64,000 nucleotides of DNA from a bacterium (GTDB lineage: Bacteria > Patescibacteriota > Patescibacteriia > Patescibacteriales > JAKAJF01). The DNA lies in assembly GCA_021788015.1 (NCBI GenBank), contig JAJYLD010000001.1:145581-209580 (forward strand), in the 5' to 3' direction. The position numbers were made by a program, and so were the translations under genes. Shown here piece after piece: positions 1 through 8,409 of the stretch. Every line of letters begins with the position of its first letter. Position 1 is the first letter of the stretch. A model generated the notes under the pieces. It had not been told where the DNA came from. It worked only from the letters and a program-made list of their open reading frames with translations, and searched no databases.

Positions 1-215
1 TCAATAATGCTTTGGTTTTTCCCGGAATTTTCCGCGGGCTTCTCGACGGAAAAATTAAAACCGTGACGACGGAAATAAAAGTGGCAGCAAGTCTGGCCAT
101 CGCTTATTCGATAAAACCTACCAGGACCAAATTATTGCCTTTGGTTACGGATAAAAATGTGGCAGTGGCGGTTGCGAAGGCAATAAAAAAATCCTCTTCA
201 AAGAAGGGACTTTAA
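1..215 (+). CDS. NAD(P)-dependent malic enzyme, C-terminal fragment (5' end outside window)
   Basis: The frame is open to the window edge. Translation NNALVFPGIFRGLLDGKIK...VAVAKAIKK matches the conserved NNxLxFPGIFRGxLD block near the malic enzyme C-terminus. TAA stop at 213-215. Confidence 0.7.
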   Translation, partial: NNALVFPGIFRGLLDGKIKTVTTEIKVAASLAIAYSIKPTRTKLLPLVTDKNVAVAVAKAIKKSSSKKGL

Positions 216-306
216 ATATTTGAAGACAAAAGGAGCAAATCCTATGATAGAGCATGGAATAGCAAATTAAAAGAGGTTAACACAAAAAATAAAATTAAAC
301 AATATC

Positions 307-915
307 ATGAAAAAAATAATTTTATTTTTAATCCCCGTTTTATTATTAACCGGCTGTTCGTTTAAAAGCGGACAGGTCAGAGGAGGAAACATGAAATTGG
401 AAAATAAAAAAATTTTAATGGTGGTCACGCCGAAAGATTTTCGCGACGAAGAATATCTCGAACCAAGAAAAATTCTCGAAGATGCGGGCGCGCAAATCAA
501 GGTGGCGTCGATTCAGGGAGGAACCGCCGTCGGAGTGAATGGCACAAGGGTAAATATCGATGTTTTGACCGGAGAAGCCGATCCGAAAGATTATGAGGCC
601 GTTCTTTTTGTCGGCGGACCGGGCATGGCCGAAATTTCGAATGACGATACTTTGAAATCCTTGGCATGGAATTTTTACAACGAGCAAAAACTGACAACCG
701 CGATTTGCGCGGCGCCCGCGGTTTTGGCCAAAGCGGGGATTTTAAAAGGAAAGAAAGCGACATCGTGGTCCGGAGTCGAAAAGGATGTCCGCCAAGGAGG
801 CGCGATTTTTACCGGCGCTCCGGTTACGGTAGACGGCAGGATAGTCACGGCCGACGGTCCGGCTTCGGCGCGGGCGTTCGGAGAGAAAGTTGCCGAAGTT
901 CTGAACAAGTTATAA
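307..915 (+). CDS. DJ-1/PfpI family protein (long form carries a lipoprotein signal)
   Basis: Nucleophile-elbow motif ICAAPAVLAKAGILKGKKATSW and VLFVGGPG. N-terminus MKKIILFLIPVLLLTGCS is a lipobox. Internal ATG at 391 is preceded by AGGAGG (381-386) and is an alternative start. Confidence 0.85.
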   Translation: MKKIILFLIPVLLLTGCSFKSGQVRGGNMKLENKKILMVVTPKDFRDEEYLEPRKILEDAGAQIKVASIQGGTAVGVNGTRVNIDVLTGEADPKDYEAVLFVGGPGMAEISNDDTLKSLAWNFYNEQKLTTAICAAPAVLAKAGILKGKKATSWSGVEKDVRQGGAIFTGAPVTVDGRIVTADGPASARAFGEKVAEVLNKL

Positions 916-990
916 AAATGCCGTTTGCCTTCAGCAGGTCTATATTTACCATGTCGCAATCGTAAATATAATATTATTTGGCGGTGCATG

Positions 991-1092
991 AAATTTCTAA
1001 TGGCTAAATTACAATTTCTAATAAAAAAATAAATGTCTAATTTGAAATTAGGAATTTTATTAGGAATTAGAAATTATAATTTAGAAATTTTT
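991..1092. repeat. AT-rich palindromic intergenic element (TAGAAATT family)
   Basis: Arms CTAAATTACAATTTCTAAT (1004-1022) and ATTAGAAATTATAATTTAG (1066-1084) are reverse complements. Related copies occur at eight other sites in the window. Confidence 0.8.
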
Positions 1093-1172
1093 TATGTTCA
1101 CTCTTCATAAATACAAATTTACTAAGTCGCCAATTACAAATTTCTTATTTCCGATTTCAAATTTTTAGGAGT

Positions 1173-1739
1173 ATGAATCTTTTGGATTTTTTAAAATTAA
1201 AGCGGAAACCGAAACTTTTGCTTCACGCCTGCTGTATCGGTTGCGGCGCTTATGTTATAAACGTACTAAAAGAGGACTTTAAGGTCACTCTGCTTTTTTA
1301 TAATCCTAATATTTTTCCGGAAGAAGAATATAAAAAACGGCTTGAAGACGCGAATCGGATCGCAAAAAAATTCGGATTGAAAGTCGTTGAACTCGGTTAT
1401 GATCATAAAAAATGGCTCGAAATGGCAAGGGGACGCGAAGCCGACCCGGAAAGAGGAGAAAGATGCAAGATTTGCTATGCCGAAAGAATGGAAATGGCGG
1501 CCAATTTCGCCAAGGAAAACGGATTTGATTTTTTTACCACAACCCTGACAGTAAGTCCGTACAAAGACGCAAGAGCGGTGAGTTTGATCGGAAACGAGTT
1601 GGCGCAAAAATACAACGTGCGATATTTAGACCGCGATTTTAAAAAACAAGACGGTTATAAAAAATCGATTCAGCTTTCTCATGAACTTTGCATCTATCGC
1701 CAAAATTATTGCGGATGCGAATTTAGTTTTCGTATATAA
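1173..1739 (+). CDS. queH: epoxyqueuosine reductase QueH (DUF208)
   Basis: 188 aa with the Cys pattern LLLHACCIGCG ... RCKICY ... YRQNYCGCEFS and TTTLTVSPYKD, typical of QueH. Confidence 0.85.
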   Translation: MNLLDFLKLKRKPKLLLHACCIGCGAYVINVLKEDFKVTLLFYNPNIFPEEEYKKRLEDANRIAKKFGLKVVELGYDHKKWLEMARGREADPERGERCKICYAERMEMAANFAKENGFDFFTTTLTVSPYKDARAVSLIGNELAQKYNVRYLDRDFKKQDGYKKSIQLSHELCIYRQNYCGCEFSFRI

Positions 1740-2029
1740 AGAATAAAATTTAGACGCTTCGCTAGGAGTTACTTTTTTGCCCTCCAAAGGAGGGTAAATA
1801 ACCAAGAAAGTAACCAAACCCGTCCGCGATGCTTCGCATAGCGATGCGGGCGGGGAAGTTCAGGGGCTCCAATTTCCCGACATCTTTCGGGACTCGATTT
1901 CGCCCCCGAACCCCATGATGCTTTAAAATCCGAAAAATTCGAGAGTTTAAAATAATTTTTAATCATGAATTTTGATTTGCAAAAATAGTTATAAATGTTA
2001 TAATAAGGGCATAAAAATAAAAACCAATT

Positions 2030-3073
2030 ATGGACTTTAAAGCTTTTTTCGAGGAGGCGATAAAACAGAAAGCGTCGGATTTGCATCTGGTGGGAGGCAG
2101 CGTTCCGACAATCAGAGTCGACGGAGAATTATTTAAATTGGGTCCCGATCCGGTTAACTCAAACGATTTGGAAAAAGAAGTCAGGGCTTTGATTGGAGAA
2201 AAAAAATGGGAAAGATTTCTGCGCAGGAGAGAACTCGATTTCTCCGAAGAGTTGATCGGAACGCGATTTAGAATCAATTTGCATTTTCAAGAAGGGAAAA
2301 TCGGTCTTACGGCAAGGTTGGTTCCGGAAGCCGTTCCCTCTCCCGAAGAAGTCGGTTTTGATGAGGTCATTTACAAGTTAACCCATCTCCAGGACGGCCT
2401 CATTATCGTTACGGGACCGTCGGGAAGCGGAAAATCGACGACCTTGGCTTCAATGATAAACATAATCAATCACGAAAGAAGGGCTCATATTATCACGATT
2501 GAAGATCCGATTGAGTATTATTTTAAAGAAGAGCAAAGCATAATCGAGCAGAGAGAGCTCGGCTCGGACACGACGAGTTTCGCCGAAGCCTTGAAATACG
2601 CTTTGCGTCAGGATCCGAACATAATCATGGTCGGAGAAATGCGCGACTTGGAAACGATTACCGCCGCGCTTACCGCGGCGGAAACCGGACACCTTGTCTT
2701 GACGACTTTGCATACCTTTACCGCTCCGGAAACAATCGACAGAATCGTCAGTATTTTTCCGGCGCACAAGCATCAAGAAATTCTGGTGCAACTTGCTTCG
2801 GTTTTGCGGGCGGTCATTTCGCAGCAACTTATTCCAAAAATTGACGGCGGGCGGATCGCGGCGAGGGAGATAATGATAAACAACAGCGCGATCGCCAATT
2901 TAATCCGAGGTAACCAGATCGGCCAAATTTATTCCGCCATTCAAACGGGGAAAAAAGAAGGCATGGTAACCATGAACAAAGCCATAGATAATTTATACGA
3001 AAAAGGGTTAATTTCTGCCGAGGTGTCTCAAAATCGAAAACGCGATTTGGAAACCCAATCGGTTTATTACTAA
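2030..3073 (+). CDS. pilT: type IV pilus retraction ATPase PilT
   Basis: Walker A GPSGSGKSTT, ITIEDPIEY, Asp box IIMVGEMRD, His box TGHLVLTTLHT; 347 aa. Confidence 0.85.
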   Translation: MDFKAFFEEAIKQKASDLHLVGGSVPTIRVDGELFKLGPDPVNSNDLEKEVRALIGEKKWERFLRRRELDFSEELIGTRFRINLHFQEGKIGLTARLVPEAVPSPEEVGFDEVIYKLTHLQDGLIIVTGPSGSGKSTTLASMINIINHERRAHIITIEDPIEYYFKEEQSIIEQRELGSDTTSFAEALKYALRQDPNIIMVGEMRDLETITAALTAAETGHLVLTTLHTFTAPETIDRIVSIFPAHKHQEILVQLASVLRAVISQQLIPKIDGGRIAAREIMINNSAIANLIRGNQIGQIYSAIQTGKKEGMVTMNKAIDNLYEKGLISAEVSQNRKRDLETQSVYY

Positions 3074-3074
3074 T

Positions 3075-3404
3075 ATGACGCCGGAAAGATGGAAAAACAT
3101 AAAAGACGAAATCAGGGACAGTTTTGAAGTTCTGGACAGCGGAAGCTACCACGAAGACGAAGAGGGAGGTATTGATACCGAATTTATCGAATTTAAGGGG
3201 CCATTAGGCTTGATGCGCCTTGAATTTATAGCCAAACCGATCGTTCTTGATAAAAAAACGACATTTTCCCGTCGAATCGGGTCGGAGACGAAAGTCGAGT
3301 ATATTTACAGCGAAGAAGAAAAAAGTCATAAATTTAAAATTTACAAATGGAACGATGAAACCGATGATTGGGAAGAAGTCGACCAAAAACATTTTACCCT
3401 ATAG
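3075..3404 (+). CDS. hypothetical protein (acidic, 109 aa)
   Basis: ATG lies 1 nt after the pilT stop. The ORF has native composition. No motif recognised. Confidence 0.45.
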   Translation: MTPERWKNIKDEIRDSFEVLDSGSYHEDEEGGIDTEFIEFKGPLGLMRLEFIAKPIVLDKKTTFSRRIGSETKVEYIYSEEEKSHKFKIYKWNDETDDWEEVDQKHFTL

Positions 3405-3451
3405 TTTTTAGGTTTTAGTTATTTAAAAATACTGTAAACCTAAAACCTGAT

Positions 3452-3853
3452 ATGAAAAATCTCATCAAAATTTTAATCGTTTTACTTCTTTTGGGCGGTG
3501 CGGCTTTTTTTTATTATCTCGGAAAAGGCGACTTAAAAAAAGAAATCAGCTCGGTTCAAATCGCGAGAGAAGCAAACAATAAGCAAGAGAAACTCGTAAA
3601 CGATTACAAGTCCGGTCTCAAATCGGCGTTAAACGGTTATAATCCTGATTCCTCGAACTTGGATCAGGTTACAAACATAAAAAACAGAATCCTTAATTTA
3701 ACGGTACCGACTCAATTTAAAGATTTACATTTGAATCTTGTTTTTGCTTTCGTAAAAATGGAAGATTATTTTAAAACCGGCAATCAAGACGAAAAGGTCG
3801 CAAGCGAAAAAATGTTAAATGAAGCGAGGCAAAGCTATTCCTGGCTTAACTAA
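3452..3853 (+). CDS. hypothetical N-terminally membrane-anchored protein
   Basis: 133-aa ORF with one N-terminal hydrophobic helix (LIKILIVLLLLGGAAFFYYL). Confidence 0.5.
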   Translation: MKNLIKILIVLLLLGGAAFFYYLGKGDLKKEISSVQIAREANNKQEKLVNDYKSGLKSALNGYNPDSSNLDQVTNIKNRILNLTVPTQFKDLHLNLVFAFVKMEDYFKTGNQDEKVASEKMLNEARQSYSWLN

Positions 3854-3855
3854 TT

Positions 3856-4623
3856 ATGGAGAAACGTTTTTTACCATTTCTCGCTTCATTTTCCACTCTG
3901 GCGCTGCTGGAGATTTTTCTTTATCAGCCGCATTTTGTTTATTTTATTCTTGCGCTGGTCGATTATGTTTTGTTTTATGCCGCGTACAAACTTACAAAAG
4001 ATAATCTTATCGATAAACGATGGTGGAATCTGATGATTTTGCCCATCGTCTTTACGGACGGTTTGATCGGTTATTCCACACTTATTCCTTTTCGATCTTT
4101 TTTCGGGTCCATACAACTTTTATTTTTATTTGACATTTTTTTTGTTTATATTTATTTGCGGGCCGTATATTTTTATCTGGTTTTTCCCACGGAAGACCGG
4201 AAGACAAGCCTTGAAAACATTTCCTCTTGCGGAAATTTCCTTTCTTATTTTTTTATTTCTTCTCTGATCTTCGGCTTGCAATCTTTCGTGAACGCGTCAG
4301 TCTGGCCGCTCTTGCTTCTAATTATTTTGGCGAGCGGCGTTCTGGTATATCAAATGATTTGGGCCAGCATCGATAAAATCAAAGAAAATTTGATTTATAT
4401 CGCCGTCAGTTGTTTAATCTTGGCTGAATTGGCGGGAGCCATCTTTTATTTGCCGTTTAATTTCAATATAATGGGCTTGAGCCTCGCCATAATTTATTAT
4501 GTCATGACGGGTTTAATCAGAGTACGATTGCGCGGAACTTTGAATAAAAGGATAATAAAAGTTTATTTGGGCGTCGGCATCGCGAGTATTTTTATCATTT
4601 TATTAACCGCAAGATGGGTTTAA
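3856..4623 (+). CDS. hypothetical polytopic membrane protein
   Basis: 255-aa ORF with multiple hydrophobic segments, starting 3 nt after the preceding stop. Confidence 0.55.
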   Translation: MEKRFLPFLASFSTLALLEIFLYQPHFVYFILALVDYVLFYAAYKLTKDNLIDKRWWNLMILPIVFTDGLIGYSTLIPFRSFFGSIQLLFLFDIFFVYIYLRAVYFYLVFPTEDRKTSLENISSCGNFLSYFFISSLIFGLQSFVNASVWPLLLLIILASGVLVYQMIWASIDKIKENLIYIAVSCLILAELAGAIFYLPFNFNIMGLSLAIIYYVMTGLIRVRLRGTLNKRIIKVYLGVGIASIFIILLTARWV

Positions 4624-4709
4624 ATTTATAGGTTTCTGGTTTATGGTCCGAGTAATTTTTATACTCTCTATAACCCATAAAGCTAAAACATAAAAACCTT
4701 TTAATATTT

Positions 4710-5822
4710 ATGAAAAAAAATAGATTATTATCAAACATAATCATCTCCGTCCTTATCGGAGCTTTAAGCGGTTTCGCGGCCGGCACAATTTCGAATTCTT
4801 ATTTCCAGAAAATTTACGACGCCTCGTTGGGAGAGATAAATTTTTCCAACGGCAATTATCGCGGCTCGAATCTTGTAATTCGCGATCCGGGGAAAGTTGT
4901 CGTCCAGGAAAACGACATGGTTCAGCAAACTCTAAATTCGGTCCAGAGCAGTTTGGTCGGGATAATCGACAATTCCAAAAATAAAATCGATGACAAAAAA
5001 TTAAGCGATTTTTACCGCGCGGACGAATCGGCCGGCCAAGGATTTATTATGACGAGCGACGGCTGGATTCTGACGAATTTTAAAATTGATAAGTCCGGCG
5101 ACTATTCGGTTGTCACTTCGGATGATAAAATTTATCCGATAGACAAAATTGTAACAGATAAATTGACTCCGTTTTATTTTATTCATATCTCCGCCCTGGA
5201 CTTGCCGGTGAGAAAATTCGCCGACCCGACTAGTATAAACACGGGTGAAACGGCGTTGGTCGCGAACTGGAACGGCAACGATATCGTCACGTCGGTTAAA
5301 AACGCCAACGTTGAAACCCATGATAATCTTACAAGATCAAGCGACGGTTTTTATACTTCGATCAGTCTTGCCGATAACCCGGACGGCGGTTTGGTCGTCT
5401 TGGATCTGGCCGGTAACGTAATCGGATTTAACAGGGGCGGACAAATCGAGCCGATATATCATTTGACCGCGGCTTTTCAAAGTCTGCTCACCTATAAAGA
5501 AATCAAAAGGCCGAGTCTCGGGGTGAATTACATAAATTATTCGGATTTGGTTCCTTTAAAATCGACTTCGAATTTAGATTATAAAGGAGCTTTGATTTAT
5601 AAAGATAAGTCCGGGATAGCGGTCGTCTCCGGTTCGAGCGCGAGCGCGGTCGGCCTTAAGGAAGGCGATACGATTTTGGCCGTGGACAATACGAATATCG
5701 ATCAGAACGACAATTTGACCGATGTTATCCAAGGCTATAATGCCGGCGATACGGTTATGGTTACGTATTTAAGGAACGGGGTGAAAAATCAAATCGCGGT
5801 GAAATTGGGAGAATTGAAATAA
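4710..5822 (+). CDS. HtrA/DegP-like protein with PDZ domain, catalytic triad apparently lost
   Basis: GQGFIMTSDGWILTN aligns to GTGFLISSDGLILTNKH of the canonical paralog at 42863. The His position reads FK. The GNSGGP serine box reads NPDGGL. The PDZ-like segment GLKEGDTILAVDNTNI is retained. Confidence 0.7.
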   Translation: MKKNRLLSNIIISVLIGALSGFAAGTISNSYFQKIYDASLGEINFSNGNYRGSNLVIRDPGKVVVQENDMVQQTLNSVQSSLVGIIDNSKNKIDDKKLSDFYRADESAGQGFIMTSDGWILTNFKIDKSGDYSVVTSDDKIYPIDKIVTDKLTPFYFIHISALDLPVRKFADPTSINTGETALVANWNGNDIVTSVKNANVETHDNLTRSSDGFYTSISLADNPDGGLVVLDLAGNVIGFNRGGQIEPIYHLTAAFQSLLTYKEIKRPSLGVNYINYSDLVPLKSTSNLDYKGALIYKDKSGIAVVSGSSASAVGLKEGDTILAVDNTNIDQNDNLTDVIQGYNAGDTVMVTYLRNGVKNQIAVKLGELK

Positions 5823-5845
5823 AAATTAAGGGGGGGCTTATTAAA

Positions 5846-6136
5846 ATGGGCCACAGCAGGAGAAAGATACTGATTTCAATCAGTGGTAGCGATTTAGATT
5901 ATATTCGGCTTGCATTAAAAGAGTTTACGGTAAGAGAAGGTGAAAATAATCCTTTCATCTTCGTTCTTGATCGTTTGATAAAGAAAGAGATAAAAGATTC
6001 GCCCAAAGGAAACCTAGAACTTTCTCGCGGTGCCAAAGCCGGGGTTTCCCGAGCTCTTGAGATGGCCTCAAGATGTTTACTCGTTTCGGATCGCGACAGG
6101 CGCGCTTACCGGTGCCTCGTGAAAAAATTTTTGTGA
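5846..6136 (+). CDS. hypothetical protein (96 aa)
   Basis: ORF preceded by AAGGGGGG about 10 nt upstream. No recognisable motif. Confidence 0.35.
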   Translation: MGHSRRKILISISGSDLDYIRLALKEFTVREGENNPFIFVLDRLIKKEIKDSPKGNLELSRGAKAGVSRALEMASRCLLVSDRDRRAYRCLVKKFL

Positions 6137-6162
6137 AAGGGATTAAGCCCTTTCTTTTTTTT

Positions 6163-6360
6163 GCTCCGCAGGGCCCTCCGCGGGCAGCGGCCCCTTTTTT
6201 TAGAAAGAAGGGACGCAAAAAAGCGCTCCCGTTGAAAAATTGCTAAATTTTTCCGGTATGCCTGACAAAATTTCAAACTCGCTCCTAACGTCGCTCAAAC
6301 AGTGAAATTTTGTAACGGCATTTCGAAAAAATTCTTAACGTAATTTTTCAAAGGTCGCAA
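6163..6360 (+). repeat. 198-bp hairpin-dense intergenic repeat, copy 1
   Basis: Roughly 90% identical by eye to 42648-42846, with a few substitutions and small indels. Starts with GGGCC...GGCCC followed by T7 (terminator-like). It also contains the hairpins GAAAAATT-GCTA-AATTTTTC and ACAAAATTTCA...TGAAATTTTGT. Confidence 0.85.
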
Positions 6361-6401
6361 TCGTTTTTTTGTTTTCTCGCCTTCTTATTTCTTTGATTTT
6401 G

Positions 6402-6410
6402 TGTTATAAT
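6402..6410 (+). promoter_or_regulatory. extended -10 promoter element (TGTTATAAT) upstream of pgk
   Basis: TTTTGTGTTATAATAA is also found at 50266-50281. The -10 hexamer ends 6 nt before the pgk ATG, implying a leaderless or near-leaderless mRNA. Confidence 0.4.
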
Positions 6411-6416
6411 AATTTT

Positions 6417-7607
6417 ATGCACATTAAGTCGATTAGAGAAGCGAAAAATTTAAAAGAAAGGAGGGTTTTCTTGCGCTCCGATTTTAATGTACCTATTGTA
6501 AAAGGGAAAATACTCGACGATTATAAATTAATTTCCAGTCTGCCCACGATTCGTTTTCTTTTGAGCAATAAATGCAAAATCATAATCGGGACTCACCTGG
6601 GCAGCCCGAAAGGAAAAAGTTCGGCTTTTTCCACAAAACCGATTGCGTTGAGACTCGGTAGGATGCTCGGTAAGAAAATAAAGTTCGTTAACGACTGTAT
6701 AGGCGCGAAAGTTGAAAAAGAAATAGAGAAAATGAAAGACGGAGAAATTTTATTTCTGGAAAACTTGCGATTTTACAAAGAAGAAAAGAAAAATAAAAAA
6801 TCATTCGCGAAAAAACTCGCCCGTTTGGCCGATATTTACGTGAACGACGCTTTCGGCGTAAGTCATAGGAAACATGCTTCCGTCAGCGCGATAAGAAAAT
6901 ATCTGCCCCATTACGCCGGACTTTTGATGGAAAAAGAAATTTTAAACTTAAACAAGATTTTGCATCCGAGTAAACCGTTCGTTGTCGTCATGGGCGGAGC
7001 GAAAATTGCGACCAAATTGCAAATTCTTGAACGATTCGAAGGCAAGGCCGATTATATTCTTCTGGGCGGATCGCTCGCCAACACGCTTTTATCGATTTTG
7101 GGATACGAAGTGGGGAAATCAAGAGTGGAAACGGATGATATGAGCCTTACGCATCAGCTTATTTCTTTTTACAAGCGATGCAAAAATAAAAAAGTCATTC
7201 TGCCTCTGGATTTCGCCGTTTCCCAAAGCAAAGACGGAAAGGGAAACGCGAAAATAAAAACCCTGGGAAACGTCGATAAAAAAGATTACATTTTCGACAT
7301 CGGACCGAAGACTATTTCTTTTTATGCGAAATTCATAAAGAAGGGAAATACGATTGTTTGGAACGGACCCTTGGGCATGTTCGAGAATTCTCATTTTAAG
7401 CACGGAACGATTTCAATCGCGAGAACAATAGCGGCAAGGTCGACCGGCGCCGCTTTCGGAGTGGCCGGTGGAGGGGAAACGGTCGAGGCTTTGAAGGCGA
7501 CGCACATGATGGATTATGTCGATTGGGTTTCGACCGGCGGCGGCGCCATGCTTTCGTATTTGAACGGCGAGAAAATGCCGGGACTGAAAGGAATTGTTAG
7601 ACGATAA
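6417..7607 (+). CDS. pgk: phosphoglycerate kinase
   Basis: FNVP, HLGSPKG, ENLRFYKEE, VNDAFGVSHR, GGAKIATK, WNGPLGMFE, GGGETV. The ORF-track TTG start at 6369 lies in promoter/repeat DNA; ATG 6417 is preferred. Confidence 0.93.
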   Translation: MHIKSIREAKNLKERRVFLRSDFNVPIVKGKILDDYKLISSLPTIRFLLSNKCKIIIGTHLGSPKGKSSAFSTKPIALRLGRMLGKKIKFVNDCIGAKVEKEIEKMKDGEILFLENLRFYKEEKKNKKSFAKKLARLADIYVNDAFGVSHRKHASVSAIRKYLPHYAGLLMEKEILNLNKILHPSKPFVVVMGGAKIATKLQILERFEGKADYILLGGSLANTLLSILGYEVGKSRVETDDMSLTHQLISFYKRCKNKKVILPLDFAVSQSKDGKGNAKIKTLGNVDKKDYIFDIGPKTISFYAKFIKKGNTIVWNGPLGMFENSHFKHGTISIARTIAARSTGAAFGVAGGGETVEALKATHMMDYVDWVSTGGGAMLSYLNGEKMPGLKGIVRR

Positions 7608-7608
7608 A

Positions 7609-7692
7609 TTCTAATTTTTAAATTATAATTTCTAATGCCTCCTTTTGTAATTAGATATTTTATTAGAAATTGGAAATTATAATTTAGAAATT
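7609..7692. repeat. AT-rich palindromic intergenic element (TAGAAATT family)
   Basis: AAATTATAATTTCTAAT (7620-7636) pairs with ATTAGAAATTGGAAATTATAATTT (7662-7685), directly after the pgk stop. Confidence 0.8.
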
Positions 7693-7792
7693 TTTATTTT
7701 CGTTGTGCCATAATCTTCCGAAATGGATCCTGATTGGATTATCGGCAGAATCCTCTTGCGAGAGATTCCGTAGCGACGCAAAATAAAAATAT

Positions 7793-8293
7793 ATGAAGCT
7801 ATACAGACTTAGTCCAATAAAAAACGAAGAGCAGCTGCAAGAAGCTATAAGATATATCCATACTTCCTGTCACAAACTTTGCAAGCTGTCATTAGGAAAG
7901 TATCTGCGAATTGCTGGAAATATCGGTATCTTTTGCCATTACGACGATGAATATGCGTTTCTGACAAAACTGAGAGAGAAATTAACCGATCCATCTGACA
8001 ATATTTATCAGAAATATTTTCGTTTGCGTAAGCCGATTGTCATCCCCGCATATGATGACGTACCGGAAACGGCTTACATCTATCTTTATATACGCAAACC
8101 AGACCCATATCGTTATCAAGTCGGAGACATCGATTTTTATTTAGAACCAGAAAAATATGCGGAACTTAAGAAATCATTATCAGGCGGCCAGCATATTAGA
8201 GGCGCAAGAGTTTTTGAACGCTCAGATCCAGATATGATTGAGTTATATAATCCCGACATGGACATCCTTGCCTATGTAAGGATAAGTCAATGA
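7793..8293 (+). CDS. hypothetical protein (166 aa)
   Basis: Clean ORF between pgk and eno, ending TGA-TAA. No recognised motif. Confidence 0.5.
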   Translation: MKLYRLSPIKNEEQLQEAIRYIHTSCHKLCKLSLGKYLRIAGNIGIFCHYDDEYAFLTKLREKLTDPSDNIYQKYFRLRKPIVIPAYDDVPETAYIYLYIRKPDPYRYQVGDIDFYLEPEKYAELKKSLSGGQHIRGARVFERSDPDMIELYNPDMDILAYVRISQ

Positions 8294-8409
8294 TAACATT
8301 GAAAAATTCCGTTGCAAAATTATAATTTCAAATAAAAAACAGTAAACAGACGACAGGAGATAGAATTTAAAATCTGTTTTCTGTCGTCTGTTATCTGTTT
8401 ACTAAATTT

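Noticed and set aside
5955-6218. Minus-strand ORF MRPFFLKKGAAARGG..., together with its twins at 42309-42704 and 42427-42774, and the plus-strand N-terminal extension MKFCNGISKKF of the 42788 ORF.
   Set aside because: They are translations of the duplicated 198-bp intergenic repeat. Their conservation reflects the DNA repeat, not a protein.
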